This document shows, one piece after another, positions 1-10,254 of a stretch of 64,000 bases of DNA. The notes beneath the pieces were generated by a model that was not told the DNA's origin, searched no databases, and saw only the letters and a list, made by a program, of their open reading frames with translations. The position numbers and the translations under genes are program-made. Position 1 is the first letter of the stretch. Every line of letters starts with the position of its first letter. Source of the stretch: an uncultured Gemmatimonadaceae bacterium (GTDB lineage: Bacteria; Gemmatimonadota; Gemmatimonadetes; Gemmatimonadales; Gemmatimonadaceae); the NCBI GenBank assembly GCA_963781585.1, contig CAWAGQ010000013.1:128001-192000 (forward strand), in the 5' to 3' direction.

Positions 1-76
1 ACGCTCCCTGGAACTGCCGACGGCCGCATCGCACGCGCAGCCACAACAGAAATCGTCACTTCCCTGCCGTTTTTCA

Positions 77-355
77 TCATCCTGTTAGGCTGAGCGTAAC
101 GCGGTACATGAGGTGGCCGTCATCGACCACATGCCCTCGAATGATTCCCTCTGCAAGAAGGAAATCCAGCGTCGAAGAAACCAACTCTGGCGTCAAGTCT
201 GTCGTATCGTGGGCGAGCGCGGTTACATCGAGAAACATTTCGCGTGGAGCTTGCTCATAAAGCGTCGCGAGGACCAACGCGACAGCGTGGTTAAACGGGT
301 CAGAGTATGTCATGGACTCGTCAGGCAAATTTGGTCGTCGGAGGTGCAGTTCCAC
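77..355 (-). CDS. Hypothetical protein, possibly winged-helix-like; may be C-terminally truncated
   Basis: ORF with protein-like composition (FNHAVALVLATLYEQAP...STLDFLLAEGII). The true start may be the second Met (MTYSD). Co-oriented with the two small upstream genes. Confidence 0.5.
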   Translation of the reverse strand: MELHLRRPNLPDESMTYSDPFNHAVALVLATLYEQAPREMFLDVTALAHDTTDLTPELVSSTLDFLLAEGIIRGHVVDDGHLMYRVTLSLTG

Positions 356-565
356 TCACAGCCTGGGAGACGCACCGTAAATCGTAAGAATCTTGATCGT
401 CTGGTTCTGAAGCGGCTTCTCGCGGCGCCTAACCCTCGGTTGAGAAAGGAAATGACGAACCGACAAGAGGACCTCTTCGCGGCTCAGCGTTCGATATGCC
501 ATTACCTGATACGTCATATTATTCGCGTCGTCGCGCAGGGTGTTGCAAATGTTAGGCATTTCCAC
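356..565 (-). CDS. Small basic hypothetical protein
   Basis: 69-aa ORF (TYQVMAYRTLSREE...) tightly packed between its neighbours on the same strand. Confidence 0.6.
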   Translation of the reverse strand: MEMPNICNTLRDDANNMTYQVMAYRTLSREEVLLSVRHFLSQPRVRRREKPLQNQTIKILTIYGASPRL

Positions 566-583
566 TTTTGGCTCCCGGCGAGC

Positions 584-790
584 CTATTTCTTCCGGTTGT
601 ACGGCTTTTGATTCGTCGGGCTGAGGGAGATGTCCTCCGCGCTGGCTCGCGTATACACCGCGGCCGCCGTACGACCGAGCTTCAACGCGATCACTCGGGT
701 CGGCGTGTTGCCGCCGGCCAGCTCACGCAGCTGCTGATCGTCGCGGGCCGTCCAATCCTTGCCGGTGTTCCTGATGTATTTCGGCGTCAT
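584..790 (-). CDS. Small helix-turn-helix (Myb/GcrA-like) hypothetical protein
   Basis: WT..DD.QL.EL....TPTRVIALKLGRT..AV...AS pattern, typical of small HTH proteins; GGAG upstream. Confidence 0.75.
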   Translation of the reverse strand: MTPKYIRNTGKDWTARDDQQLRELAGGNTPTRVIALKLGRTAAAVYTRASAEDISLSPTNQKPYNRKK

Positions 791-1046
791 CTTCGGGTCT
801 CCTGCGGTATTGAACCAGAAATCGTACGAATAGCCGGGTCCGGCACAACCACGGATCGCACATTGCTCATGAACATCATCATCTTGACATTAATGAGGAA
901 TATGGTCTTTATCAATGCATGATCGACTGCGGAGCCTTGGGTACGACGCAGCCGAATCATAGGGACTCCCAACTCGCATACCCAATCAACGGAGGAACCA
1001 CCCATGACTCGCAATCCACTTCAATCACGCCGAAGGAACACGCGGT

Positions 1047-1149
1047 GACCTTGCAGAAAGGTCCACAGTAAAATGGCTCCTTACGCAAGTGCGGGGAGCA
1101 ACTGGGGCATTTCACTGAGCGGGCGACCTGCAAAAAACCCAGCAAGGTC
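1047..1149 (+). promoter_or_regulatory. Putative TA operator/promoter: two GACCT...AGGTC inverted repeats around a TAAAAT -10-like box
   Basis: GACCTT-GCAGA-AAGGTC at 1047-1063, TAAAAT at 1069-1074, and GACCTGC...GCAAGGTC at 1125-1149, just upstream of the antitoxin RBS. Confidence 0.4.
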
Positions 1150-1165
1150 TGGGGGAGGGATTGTA

Positions 1166-1402
1166 ATGGCGAAGCTGAACGAACTGAGTGTGTCCGATCT
1201 CCGCAGCCAGCTTCCGAGTGTTCTGCACCGAGCGCTCGCGTTCGGTGAGTCGTTTCTGATTCTGAAACATGGTCAACCTTTTGCCGTTCTTTCACCACTG
1301 ACTGACAAGGAGGAGATCGAGCGCGTCCGAGCGAAGCTCAGCAGTGAGGGTGCCGACCGCGAACCGGTAGATGACGTGCTGGACGCGGAGTCGATCACGT
1401 GA
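1166..1402 (+). CDS. Phd/YefM-family antitoxin
   Basis: LSVSDLRSQLPSVLHRA...GESFLILKHGQPFAVLSP is the Phd N-terminal pattern; acidic tail; GGGAGG RBS before ATG 1166. Confidence 0.8.
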   Translation: MAKLNELSVSDLRSQLPSVLHRALAFGESFLILKHGQPFAVLSPLTDKEEIERVRAKLSSEGADREPVDDVLDAESIT

Positions 1403-1446
1403 TTTCACGCCGGCGACGAGTGGTTCGCCGGAGGGGGTAAGCAGGA

Positions 1447-1689
1447 ATGGCAGTCGCGTTCTATTTCTTACCTTCGGCTGCGGAGCGGATGATGCGGTTG
1501 CCGCCCGACCTCTTGGTTCAAGCGGAGCAGATGCTCCAGGAGATCCAAGGACATGTCGGGGGTCACATCGGCGTCGAAGGCATGGTCGCGTACCGTCGAC
1601 CGACGCCACACGGCCAGATCCGAATCGTCCTCGCAGTCGTCCGGAACGAGATCATTGTCGCCGACGTAAACGTGGAGGTGTCGGGCTGA
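1447..1689 (+). CDS. Putative RelE/ParE-fold toxin-like protein
   Basis: Directly downstream of the antitoxin; F.PSA....LP N-terminus and G.IRIVL.V....IIV..V C-terminal strands resemble the RelE layout; divergent. Confidence 0.5.
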   Translation: MAVAFYFLPSAAERMMRLPPDLLVQAEQMLQEIQGHVGGHIGVEGMVAYRRPTPHGQIRIVLAVVRNEIIVADVNVEVSG

Positions 1690-2019
1690 AGCGTTTTTCG
1701 AAACGCAACGGCGTGCAGTCCGGAATCGTTGAAAGCCAACTGATGCGAAAAAACATGACAAAGAGGGGTCAGCCAGCGTTTCGCGGGCCGACCCCTCGTT
1801 TTTCTAACCTCAGGCCGCCGACTTCTTGCCCGAGCTTTACACGGCTGCGGGCAACGCCCGTGGCAGGTCCAGCGAGCATCGTGAGATTGCGCGGTCGCCA
1901 CCATGCAAGCGGCTGGCCCCACGCCCACCGGGTTATCGCGCCGTGCTCGAAAACGGCGCACAAAGCCCGCCGTCACTCTTAAATGCTTTGGTTACGCAGA
2001 CAGCGCCGGCACGAGACTC

Positions 2020-2484
2020 CTACGTGAGGGCGCGCGGCTCGCCGCTGTTGCCCTTGAGCTCAGCGTTGCGCATCTGGTAGCAGAGAATAATCGTGGCGGC
2101 GATGCCAAGAGCGCACGCGCCGACGAGGACCCATGCTGGGTCGCTGTGGCGGCCGGAAATCAGAACTGCGGTGACTAGGACGGCATTTACAATCGCATGT
2201 GCAACTGTAAGAACGAGCGCAACTGCGAAGTGCTGTCTTGGCGCGACCGTCGCGCCAACGTATACGAATGCCAGAGGCCCGACGATGCTGTTGATGAGCT
2301 GAGAATATGCCTTTTCAAAGAATTCAGGCAAACCGGTAAGCGAGTTACCAATGGCGACGAGAATCTGAATAGCTATGTATGCGGCCGCCGCAGCGGGGAG
2401 CACGAGGGCCCAGCGTGCCCAAGCGGGGATGGAGGAGAGGGTCACGTCTCGAGTTCTTCTTACCCTGATGGCAGCGTCACGCAT
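2020..2484 (-). CDS. Hypothetical membrane protein (~4 TM)
   Basis: Hydrophobic segments after RWALVLP; ATG at 2484 lies next to the upstream stop. Confidence 0.6.
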   Translation of the reverse strand: MRDAAIRVRRTRDVTLSSIPAWARWALVLPAAAAAYIAIQILVAIGNSLTGLPEFFEKAYSQLINSIVGPLAFVYVGATVAPRQHFAVALVLTVAHAIVNAVLVTAVLISGRHSDPAWVLVGACALGIAATIILCYQMRNAELKGNSGEPRALT

Positions 2485-2485
2485 G

Positions 2486-2953
2486 CTAGACGCTTCCCAC
2501 GGTTGGAACGGCGAACCTTCCGTGAAGCTTGAACGTTGCTTCGACCGCGCGAGCTGCCACAACGAGCACCGCGATGGCCAGACCAACGTTAGTCCCAGGC
2601 GCCGACGTGATACCGACGTTGTTGAGAAGAGTAACCGCGCCGCTGCCAATGGCGGCCAACAGGAGGATCACGGCGGCGATCCGCGAATGCCACTTGCGGA
2701 GGATCGCACCCAGAACGAGGTACGCGAGAGCATCAAGTAACAAGTCGGTTGACGTCGCCCGCGGAATGAAGAGCCCTAACGCTGCTTCGATTGCTGCAAG
2801 GAAGAAGAATGCCGAAGACGAGTCTTTGACCACTTTGAGCGCGTCGTCCCTGTTCGCAATCGCTGAGAACAAGCCGTTTCTCTTCGGTGCAACCGCCATA
2901 GGCAAGCTCCGGAAGGCGTTTAGCTGCCTAACTGGGTTTGGAACCCTTTCCAT
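2486..2953 (-). CDS. Hypothetical membrane protein (~4 TM)
   Basis: Four hydrophobic stretches (FFFLAAIEAALG; SRIAAVILLL); start may be at the internal MAVAPK. Confidence 0.65.
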   Translation of the reverse strand: MERVPNPVRQLNAFRSLPMAVAPKRNGLFSAIANRDDALKVVKDSSSAFFFLAAIEAALGLFIPRATSTDLLLDALAYLVLGAILRKWHSRIAAVILLLAAIGSGAVTLLNNVGITSAPGTNVGLAIAVLVVAARAVEATFKLHGRFAVPTVGSV

Positions 2954-2980
2954 GTGTCCGTCCTCGCCTCGTTGACGACG

Positions 2981-3421
2981 TCATGTCGGGGGGAGGAAGA
3001 CGAAGAGCAAGACGGCGCAGATCGGCAGCACGAAGAAACCAACCCTCCCCATGATGTCGAACACACCCGTGTTATCGAGGCCTCCGAACCGAACAAGAGG
3101 GACCAAGACAGCCCACTGCATTGCCAACGACAGCGGGAATGCTATGGCCAGCAGTTTGACGGCTTCCAGCCATCCATTTCGATAGGCGAAATAGAGAAGG
3201 AAAGCCCAGCCAAAGACTCGCGCGATGAGAAGGACCGACCCAAACACCAGCTGCGGGCGGGTCGACGCGGGACCGCCACTCATGTACCCCTGGTGGAGCT
3301 TCAACATGTAGTACTCGTTCATGCGGAAGAGCGCATAGACGAGAATGAGTGAAACTGGCACGCCGAGGACCATGGCCGTGCGAATGTGCCGACTTTGTCC
3401 GATGCCGGTAAGGGACGACAA
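2981..3421 (-). CDS. Hypothetical membrane protein
   Basis: Multiple hydrophobic helices; same orientation as the two downstream genes; start uncertain. Confidence 0.55.
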   Translation of the reverse strand: MSSLTGIGQSRHIRTAMVLGVPVSLILVYALFRMNEYYMLKLHQGYMSGGPASTRPQLVFGSVLLIARVFGWAFLLYFAYRNGWLEAVKLLAIAFPLSLAMQWAVLVPLVRFGGLDNTGVFDIMGRVGFFVLPICAVLLFVFLPPT

Positions 3422-3927
3422 GCCTCTTACTCCGGACCTTCACGGTAGAAATCCCAAAGGGGCACCCATTCGGCCGGTGTCCCGAGGATGTCCTAATCGG
3501 TCACCGACGGGGCCCTCCACGACTCAACCGCCAGTCGCTAAGTCCTTCTCTGCCAACGCCTGTCACTGGGTGGCACGCCTAACGTCACGCTCCTAAGTCC
3601 CGCGCGTCTACCAGTTCCGCCACTTCCGCGTCCTGGAGAAGAAGGCACAGCGTTGACCAAGGTGTGCTCACCGCCCCTGGAAGATAGCCCTGCCGGAATT
3701 ACCCTGACAACGTGGATGCCCACTCCGATGCCGGGGCGTCACCGCCGAGCCCCACGCGGCGCGATGCAGGCCGACGCCGTTCAAGCGGCCGAATGGTTGG
3801 GCCTCTTCCGGGGACTGGCGACGCCTGCCGATCCCGTCCACATTGGCAGCGCGACGCGGCCCGACCGCGGCCCGGCTTGTGCGCGGAAGCGGTCGCACAC
3901 CCTCCCACCCTAACGACCTTTCTCTTC

Positions 3928-5271
3928 GTGTCTGCGCCGCAAACCAATTCCCACGACTATCCCTGCATCATCGTTCCTCTACCGGGGCCGCGCGCGCGGG
4001 ACATCGTGGAGCGCGATCGAACCTGGACGTCGCGCGCCTACATCAAGGAGTATCCACTCGTCGTCGCGCGGGGCCGCGGCGTCATGGTTGAAGACGTCGA
4101 CGGGAACCGGTTTCTGGACTTCATGAGCGGCATCGCCGTCTCGAGTACGGGTTATGGCCATCCTCGCGTGGTGGCGGCGGTACAGGAGGCGGCAGCCCGA
4201 TTCCTGCACATTTGTGGCTCGGATTTCTACTTCGAAGGGATGGCTGCCCTGTGCGAACGTCTGGCTCGACTGGGGCCCGGGCCGTCGAAAAAGCGCGTCT
4301 TCCTCACCAACTCCGGCACCGAGGCCATCGAGGGGGCCATCAAGATGGTGCGTCATGCGACTCGCCGCACCGCGATCGTCGCGTTCAAGGGCTCATTCCA
4401 CGGGCGCACCACCGGAGCGCTCGCCCTCACGTCGAGCAAGGCGCGGCAGCACGCCGGCTTCGGACCCCTGCTCCCTGATGTGCACCACGTGGCGTACCCC
4501 TACCGCTACCGCTGCGAGTGGTGCGCGCGGGAAGACCGATGCACGCGGGACTGCGTCTCGAACATCGAGACCGATCTGTTCGCGCGCCACCTCGATCCGG
4601 GCGACGTCGCGGCGATCTTCGTCGAGCCGATACAGGGGGAGGGCGGATATATCGTGCCCCCCGATGGATTCCTGCGTGACCTGCGCGCGCTGTGCGACCG
4701 GCACGGCATCCTGCTGGTGTTCGACGAGATCCAGAGCGGGATCGGACGGACGGGGAAGATGTTCGCCTGCGAATACGAGGGCGTTGAGCCCGACATTCTG
4801 GTGACCGCGAAGGGGCTCGCATCGGGCATGCCCCTCGGCGCCATCATCGCCAGGGAGGCGATCGAAACCTGGGAAGGGGGCGCGCACGGCTCGACGTTCG
4901 GGGGCAATCCGGTGTCGTGCGCGGCGGCCCTCGCCACCCTGGAACTGGTGGAGAGCGAGCTGGCCGCCAACGCCGCGCGGCGCGGTGAGCAGCTCCTTGA
5001 CGGCGCGCGCCGCCTGGCGGAGCGGTGTGAGGGCATCGGTGAGGTGCGGGGACGCGGTCTGATGGTCGGCCTGGAATTCGTACGCGACCGCGACTCGCGT
5101 GAACCCGATGCGGAGGCCTCGCACGCTCTGGTTCACGACGCTTTTCACCGGGGCGTGCTGGTACTGGGCGCCGGGAAGAGCGTGGTACGATTGGCGCCGC
5201 CTCTGGTAATCGATCAACACGACATCGGCGTCGGCCTTCGCGTGCTCGAGGAGTGTCTGGCATCCGGGTGA
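3928..5271 (+). CDS. Class-III PLP aminotransferase (acetylornithine/4-aminobutyrate aminotransferase family)
   Basis: DVDGNRFLDF, NSGTEA, FHGRT, EPIQGEGG, FDEIQSG.GRTG and AKGLASGMP (PLP Lys) motifs; GTG start at 3928 chosen. Confidence 0.92.
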   Translation: MSAPQTNSHDYPCIIVPLPGPRARDIVERDRTWTSRAYIKEYPLVVARGRGVMVEDVDGNRFLDFMSGIAVSSTGYGHPRVVAAVQEAAARFLHICGSDFYFEGMAALCERLARLGPGPSKKRVFLTNSGTEAIEGAIKMVRHATRRTAIVAFKGSFHGRTTGALALTSSKARQHAGFGPLLPDVHHVAYPYRYRCEWCAREDRCTRDCVSNIETDLFARHLDPGDVAAIFVEPIQGEGGYIVPPDGFLRDLRALCDRHGILLVFDEIQSGIGRTGKMFACEYEGVEPDILVTAKGLASGMPLGAIIAREAIETWEGGAHGSTFGGNPVSCAAALATLELVESELAANAARRGEQLLDGARRLAERCEGIGEVRGRGLMVGLEFVRDRDSREPDAEASHALVHDAFHRGVLVLGAGKSVVRLAPPLVIDQHDIGVGLRVLEECLASG

Positions 5272-5425
5272 GTTGGCACCGGGCTGGCGCGGTGTGCCGG
5301 AGTCGCGAGGGGAAGAAGACGGGGGTCGCGAGCCTGGGCTCACGACCCCCGTCGAGCCTCCACGAGGAGGCGTCGGATCAGCCGCGACGGAAGCCTGTGA
5401 CAGGCTCCCGCGCGGCACATCGTCC

Positions 5426-6979
5426 CTAGTTCCCGCCCACTCGCAGCGTCACGACGCGCGTCGACTGCGCGCCCGCGCTGTAAACGAGGAAACTGACGAG
5501 CTGCCCATCCTTGAGATTCGACACCACCTGCTGCAGATCGGTCGTGGCGCGCAGCGTGGTGCGCGTGGGGTACAGCGTTGACACGAGGATGTCGTCCTGC
5601 AGGAGCTGCGTGTGCGCCGGTCTATCCTGGTTGATGTCGGTGACACGCAAACCCCGTCGGTCCTCGGGAATGTTGTTGTCGCGCGCTTCCGCAGGCGTAA
5701 TGGGCATGACCGAGAAGCCGAGCCTGTTGTAGACCGCCCCACGGTTCGGCCGCTCGCCGGTCGGCGCCTTCGACGCCATACCAACCGTCGAGTCGGGGAC
5801 CTCGCCCAGCCTGACCTGGAACGTCTTGTCCTGCCCGAAGCGCATGGCCTCGACGCTGACCACGTCGCCCGGCTCGTGCGAGCGGATGATGCGCTGCAGC
5901 GTGCTCACGCGATCGGCGGGCTTGCCATCGGCTTTGATGATCACGTCGCCGGGCTGCAGCCCCGCCTTGCTCGCGGGCGAATCGTCGCCGGAATAGTCGC
6001 CCACCTGAACCCCTGTGATCTCCTTGAGGCCGGCGGCGGCGGCATCCTCGGGCGTCGCATTTTGAATCCGGACACCGAGCATCGCGCGGCGCACGCGGCC
6101 GTGCGTGATGATGTCATCCATCACGTCCTTGGCGAGGGTAATCGGAATCGCGAAGCCGTAGCCGGAGAAGTATCCGGTCTGGCTGGCGATCATCGAGTTG
6201 ATGCCGATGACTTCGCCGCGCACATTCACCAGCGGCCCACCCGAGTTGCCCGGATTGATCGCGGCGTCGGTCTGGATGAAATCGGTGATGGCGTAGTTGG
6301 CATTGTTCGGTGTGGGGAGATCCGTTCGGTCACGCCCCTTCGCGCTCACGATGCCGGCTGTGACGGTGAAGTCGAGACCGAGGGGATTCCCGATTGCCAA
6401 CACCCACTCGCCGACCTGGGTCGCGTCGTCGTTGCCGAGAGCGGCAACTGGAAGGTTGTGCGCGTCGATCTTGACTACGGCAACATCGGTGGTTGGGTCG
6501 CGCCCGATGAGCTTGGCCTCGAAGGTCCGGCGATCATTCAGGGTCACGTGGAGCTTGTCGAACGAGTCGACCACGTGGTTGTTGGTCAGGATGTAGCCAT
6601 CCTTGCTGACGATGAAGCCGGACCCGCTTCCCGCCCGCGGCTCCTGAAACTGCGGTCCGAACTGTCCGAAGAAGTCGTCGAGACTGGGCGCCTGATCGTT
6701 GCGACGACTGCGCTGGGGCTGCGGCTGGGTGCGTTCGGCGGTTATGGAAACCACGGCCGGGGTCACTTCCTGGGCGATGGAGGTGAACGCGTTGTTCAGC
6801 GCCAATACCGCCGGCGCATTGGGCGGCGTGGCCGGGGCGTTGGACACCCGACTGACGGGGGTCGTCTGCGCGTAGCCGAACGGGGTATGCTCGAAGCCCG
6901 ATGCGATGATGAGGCCGCCGATGAACGCGCCGACCAGCGCGCCGGCGAACTTGGCACGAGAGAGATTGAACCACGACAT
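5426..6979 (-). CDS. degP: Do/HtrA-family serine protease with two PDZ domains
   Basis: GSGFI, TNNHVV, TDVAV and QTDAAINPGNSGG catalytic triad motifs; N-terminal TM/signal; PDZ regions. Confidence 0.93.
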   Translation of the reverse strand: MSWFNLSRAKFAGALVGAFIGGLIIASGFEHTPFGYAQTTPVSRVSNAPATPPNAPAVLALNNAFTSIAQEVTPAVVSITAERTQPQPQRSRRNDQAPSLDDFFGQFGPQFQEPRAGSGSGFIVSKDGYILTNNHVVDSFDKLHVTLNDRRTFEAKLIGRDPTTDVAVVKIDAHNLPVAALGNDDATQVGEWVLAIGNPLGLDFTVTAGIVSAKGRDRTDLPTPNNANYAITDFIQTDAAINPGNSGGPLVNVRGEVIGINSMIASQTGYFSGYGFAIPITLAKDVMDDIITHGRVRRAMLGVRIQNATPEDAAAAGLKEITGVQVGDYSGDDSPASKAGLQPGDVIIKADGKPADRVSTLQRIIRSHEPGDVVSVEAMRFGQDKTFQVRLGEVPDSTVGMASKAPTGERPNRGAVYNRLGFSVMPITPAEARDNNIPEDRRGLRVTDINQDRPAHTQLLQDDILVSTLYPTRTTLRATTDLQQVVSNLKDGQLVSFLVYSAGAQSTRVVTLRVGGN

Positions 6980-7119
6980 ATGATTGACCCTGTAGAGAGT
7001 TACGTGTTTGAATCTACACGCGCCGCCGCCGTTTCGTTTCCACGGCCGAGGACGACGCTACAGAAGTAGTCACACCAGCGATCGGCACGGTTGCCTCGCG
7101 CGGCGCTCGCGGAGGCTGT

Positions 7120-7151
7120 GGGGGCCGGGGCGGTGTTTCACCCCGGCCCCC
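7120..7151. terminator. GC-rich hairpin downstream of dnaK
   Basis: GGGGCCGGGG-N10-CCCCGGCCCC inverted repeat; no clear U-tract. Confidence 0.5.
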
Positions 7152-7227
7152 CTCACCCTTCTATGTACTGCTGCGGCGCGTACTCCGCGCCACATCGGAC
7201 GGTACCCGATCGGTCCTTAATCGCGGA

Positions 7228-9177
7228 TTACTTCTTGGTACCGTCGTCGACGATCTCGTAGTCCGCCTCCACAACGTCCTCTGGCTTGGCGTCAGTGGGC
7301 GCGCCGGCAGCGGCCGGTTCTCCGCTGGGCGCCGGCTCGCCGGCAGGAGGCGCGCTCGCCTGCTGCTGCGAGTACAGCGAGCGTCCGGCTTCCTGGTACG
7401 CGGTATTGAGCTCCTCGAGCGCCGCGCGTACCTCGCTCATGTCGGCGCCTCGATGCGCCTTCCTGGCGCGCTCGACGGCTGCTTCGAGACGAGTCCTGGC
7501 GTCAGCGCCGAGCCGGTCGGCCCACTCCTTGGCGTTCTTCTCGACCTCGTAGGCGAGCGAGTCGAGCCGGTTGCGGGTGTCGATCTCCTCCCGGTGCTGC
7601 TTGTCGTCCGACGCATTCCGCTCGGCGTCCTTCACCATTCGCTCGATCTCGTCTTTCGAGAGTCCGCTGGACGCTTCGATGCGGATCTTCTGCTCCTTGT
7701 TGGTGGCCTTGTCCTTTGCCGAGACGTGGAGAATGCCGTTCGCGTCGATGTCGAACGTTACCTCGACCTGCGGCATGCCACGCGGAGCGGGGGGAATGCC
7801 GGTCAGGTGGAATTTGCCGATGGTACGATTGTCGCGCGCCAGCTCGCGTTCCCCCTGCAGGACATGGATTTCCACGGTCGTCTGGTTGTCGTCGGCCGTG
7901 GAGAAGACCTCGGTCTTGCGGGTGGGGATGGTGGTATTGCGCGGAATGAGCACCGTCATCACGCCACCCAGGGTCTCGATTCCTAACGAGAGCGGTGTGA
8001 CGTCGAGCAGTAGCACGTCCTTCTGCTCTCCGGTGAGCACGGCGCCCTGGATGGCAGCGCCAATTGCTACCACCTCGTCGGGGTTGACACTCTTGTTCGG
8101 CTCCTTGCCGAAGAAGTCCTTGACGATCTGCTGCACTTTCGGGATGCGAGTGGAGCCGCCCACCAGGATGACCTCGTCGACCGACTTGGGGTCCAGCCCC
8201 GCGTCCTTGAGCGCCTGCTGCATGGGAGGAATGGTGCGCTTGATCAGGTCGTCAACCAGCTGCTCGAACCTGGCCCGCGTCAGCGAGTAGTTGAGGTGTT
8301 TCGGCCCGGACTGGTCGGCCGTGATGAAGGGCAGATTGATATCGGTCGTCATCGTGGACGACAACTCCATCTTCGCCTTCTCGGCCGCTTCCTTGAGCCG
8401 CTGGAGCGCCATCGGATCCTTCGACAGGTCGATCCCCTGATCCCGCTTGAACTCGGCTACCAGCCACTCGATCACCCGCTGGTCGAAGTCGTCGCCTCCG
8501 AGGTGCGTGTCGCCATTGGTTGCCTTGACCTCGAACTGGCGCGTGCCTTCGACGTCGTAAAGTTCCAGAACCGAGATGTCATACGTGCCGCCCCCCAGGT
8601 CGAAGACGGCCACCTTTTCGTCCTTGCCCTTCTTGTCGAGCCCGTACGCCAACGCCGCGGCGGTCGGCTCGTTGATGATCCGCAGCACCTCCAGCCCGGC
8701 AATCTTGCCGGCGTCCTTGGTGGCCTGTCGCTGGGAATCGTTGAAATACGCCGGCACGGTCACCACGGCCTTCGACACGCCAAAGCCGAGGTAGTCTTCC
8801 GCCGTCTGCTTCATCTTCTGAAGGATCATCGCCGAGATTTCGGGCGGCGTGTATCGCTTTCCCTGTACTTCGACCGCCGCCATGTCGTTCGGTCCGGCGA
8901 CAACCGAGTAGGGCACGCGCTTCATCTCCTCGGCAACTTCGGCAGTGCGCCGGCCCATGAAGCGCTTGATGGAGAAGACCGTGTTCCTGGGGTTCGTCAC
9001 CGCCTGCCGCTTGGCGATCTGGCCGACGAGGCGCTCACCGTCCTTGGTAAAGCCGACAACTGACGGGGTGGTTCTTCCCCCCTCGGAATTGGGAATGACG
9101 ACGGGATCGCCGCCTTCCAGGACCGCGACCACCGAGTTGGTGGTGCCCAGATCGATGCCGATTACCTTGTCCGCCAT
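7228..9177 (-). CDS. dnaK: Chaperone DnaK (Hsp70)
   Basis: [31 protein letters not shown] and GGSTRIP motifs; [10 protein letters not shown] tail; GAGGTGGAG RBS. Confidence 0.98.
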   Translation of the reverse strand: MADKVIGIDLGTTNSVVAVLEGGDPVVIPNSEGGRTTPSVVGFTKDGERLVGQIAKRQAVTNPRNTVFSIKRFMGRRTAEVAEEMKRVPYSVVAGPNDMAAVEVQGKRYTPPEISAMILQKMKQTAEDYLGFGVSKAVVTVPAYFNDSQRQATKDAGKIAGLEVLRIINEPTAAALAYGLDKKGKDEKVAVFDLGGGTYDISVLELYDVEGTRQFEVKATNGDTHLGGDDFDQRVIEWLVAEFKRDQGIDLSKDPMALQRLKEAAEKAKMELSSTMTTDINLPFITADQSGPKHLNYSLTRARFEQLVDDLIKRTIPPMQQALKDAGLDPKSVDEVILVGGSTRIPKVQQIVKDFFGKEPNKSVNPDEVVAIGAAIQGAVLTGEQKDVLLLDVTPLSLGIETLGGVMTVLIPRNTTIPTRKTEVFSTADDNQTTVEIHVLQGERELARDNRTIGKFHLTGIPPAPRGMPQVEVTFDIDANGILHVSAKDKATNKEQKIRIEASSGLSKDEIERMVKDAERNASDDKQHREEIDTRNRLDSLAYEVEKNAKEWADRLGADARTRLEAAVERARKAHRGADMSEVRAALEELNTAYQEAGRSLYSQQQASAPPAGEPAPSGEPAAAGAPTDAKPEDVVEADYEIVDDGTKK

Positions 9178-9425
9178 CTCCACCTCAGGGTTGAGGAACC
9201 GCGGCACCCGCGAGCGCCGCACGTCCGTTCGGGTGTTATGCTACCCGCATGCGGCGCCTGACACGGGACATCGCGCGCGCGCATGTGGCGCACTCGGAGT
9301 GAGCAATCCGAGGGCCGCAGATCTCCGTCATTTTGGCGGAGTTCCTCGCGGAAGAGTTCGAACCTGCCTCGCCGAAATGGCCGACCTGCGAACGCAATGC
9401 ACGAGAAGCGACCAAGGGTGGCACG

Positions 9426-10199
9426 ATGATCCCGATCAGCGACGATAACCCGACCCTCCGAACGCCGGTGATGACGTATGCACTCCTCGGCGGGATGGTG
9501 GCGGTGTGGTTGTTCGTGCAAGGCGGGGGATTCGACGCTCAGCGGCTGGCGGCAAGTGTCTGCAACCTGGGAATGGTCCCCGGGGAGCTCACGCATCGCG
9601 CCGCCCTTGGCACCGGCGTGCCGATCGGACCGCAGATGGCATGTGTGGTGGACAACGATCCCATCAACATCTTCACGCCGTTGACATCGATGTTCCTGCA
9701 CGGGGGATGGGCCCACATCATCGGCAACGGGCTCTTCTTCTGGGTGTTCGGCAACAACGTCGAAGACAGCATGGGACGGGGACGGTTTCTGGTCTTCTAT
9801 CTGCTGTGCGGATTGATTGCCGCCGCGACGCACGTGCTGATGCAACCGGCATCGCCGGTGCCCACGGTCGGCGCGTCGGGAGCCATATCCGGGGTGCTGG
9901 GGGCGTATCTGGTGCTGTATCCCCGGGTGCGCGTCAACATGCTGTTCTACTTCATCTTCTTCATTCGCATCATTCCGGTGCCGGCGTGGGCGGTGCTGCT
10001 CTGGTGGTTCTTTGTGCAGCTGGTGACCGCGCTTCCGTCGCTGAATTCGATGCGGCCCGATGTGTCCGGCGGCGTTGCAGTGTGGGCGCACGTGGGTGGA
10101 TTCGTGGCCGGCCTGCTCCTGGTGCGCCTGTTCGTGAACCGGAGTCTCTACCAGCGACGCGACCGCGGCCGGGTCCCGGGAGCCGCGTTGTGGGGATGA
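9426..10199 (+). CDS. Rhomboid-family intramembrane serine protease
   Basis: MIPISDDNP start, SMFLHGG..H..GN, GASGA (catalytic Ser) and AHVGG (catalytic His). Confidence 0.93.
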   Translation: MIPISDDNPTLRTPVMTYALLGGMVAVWLFVQGGGFDAQRLAASVCNLGMVPGELTHRAALGTGVPIGPQMACVVDNDPINIFTPLTSMFLHGGWAHIIGNGLFFWVFGNNVEDSMGRGRFLVFYLLCGLIAAATHVLMQPASPVPTVGASGAISGVLGAYLVLYPRVRVNMLFYFIFFIRIIPVPAWAVLLWWFFVQLVTALPSLNSMRPDVSGGVAVWAHVGGFVAGLLLVRLFVNRSLYQRRDRGRVPGAALWG

Positions 10200-10254
10200 C
10201 CTTGGCCGCAGCGCACCCTCGCCGGTCGGGTCCGGGGCCTCTAACTTCCGCGCC

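Noticed and set aside
113..922. 269-aa + strand ORF
   Set aside because: Antisense shadow of three more convincing minus-strand genes
84..3583. GTTAGGC/GCCTAAC sites as integron attC sites
   Set aside because: No paired inverse-core/core hairpins at gene ends and no integrase in the window; the motif is equally frequent inside core genes
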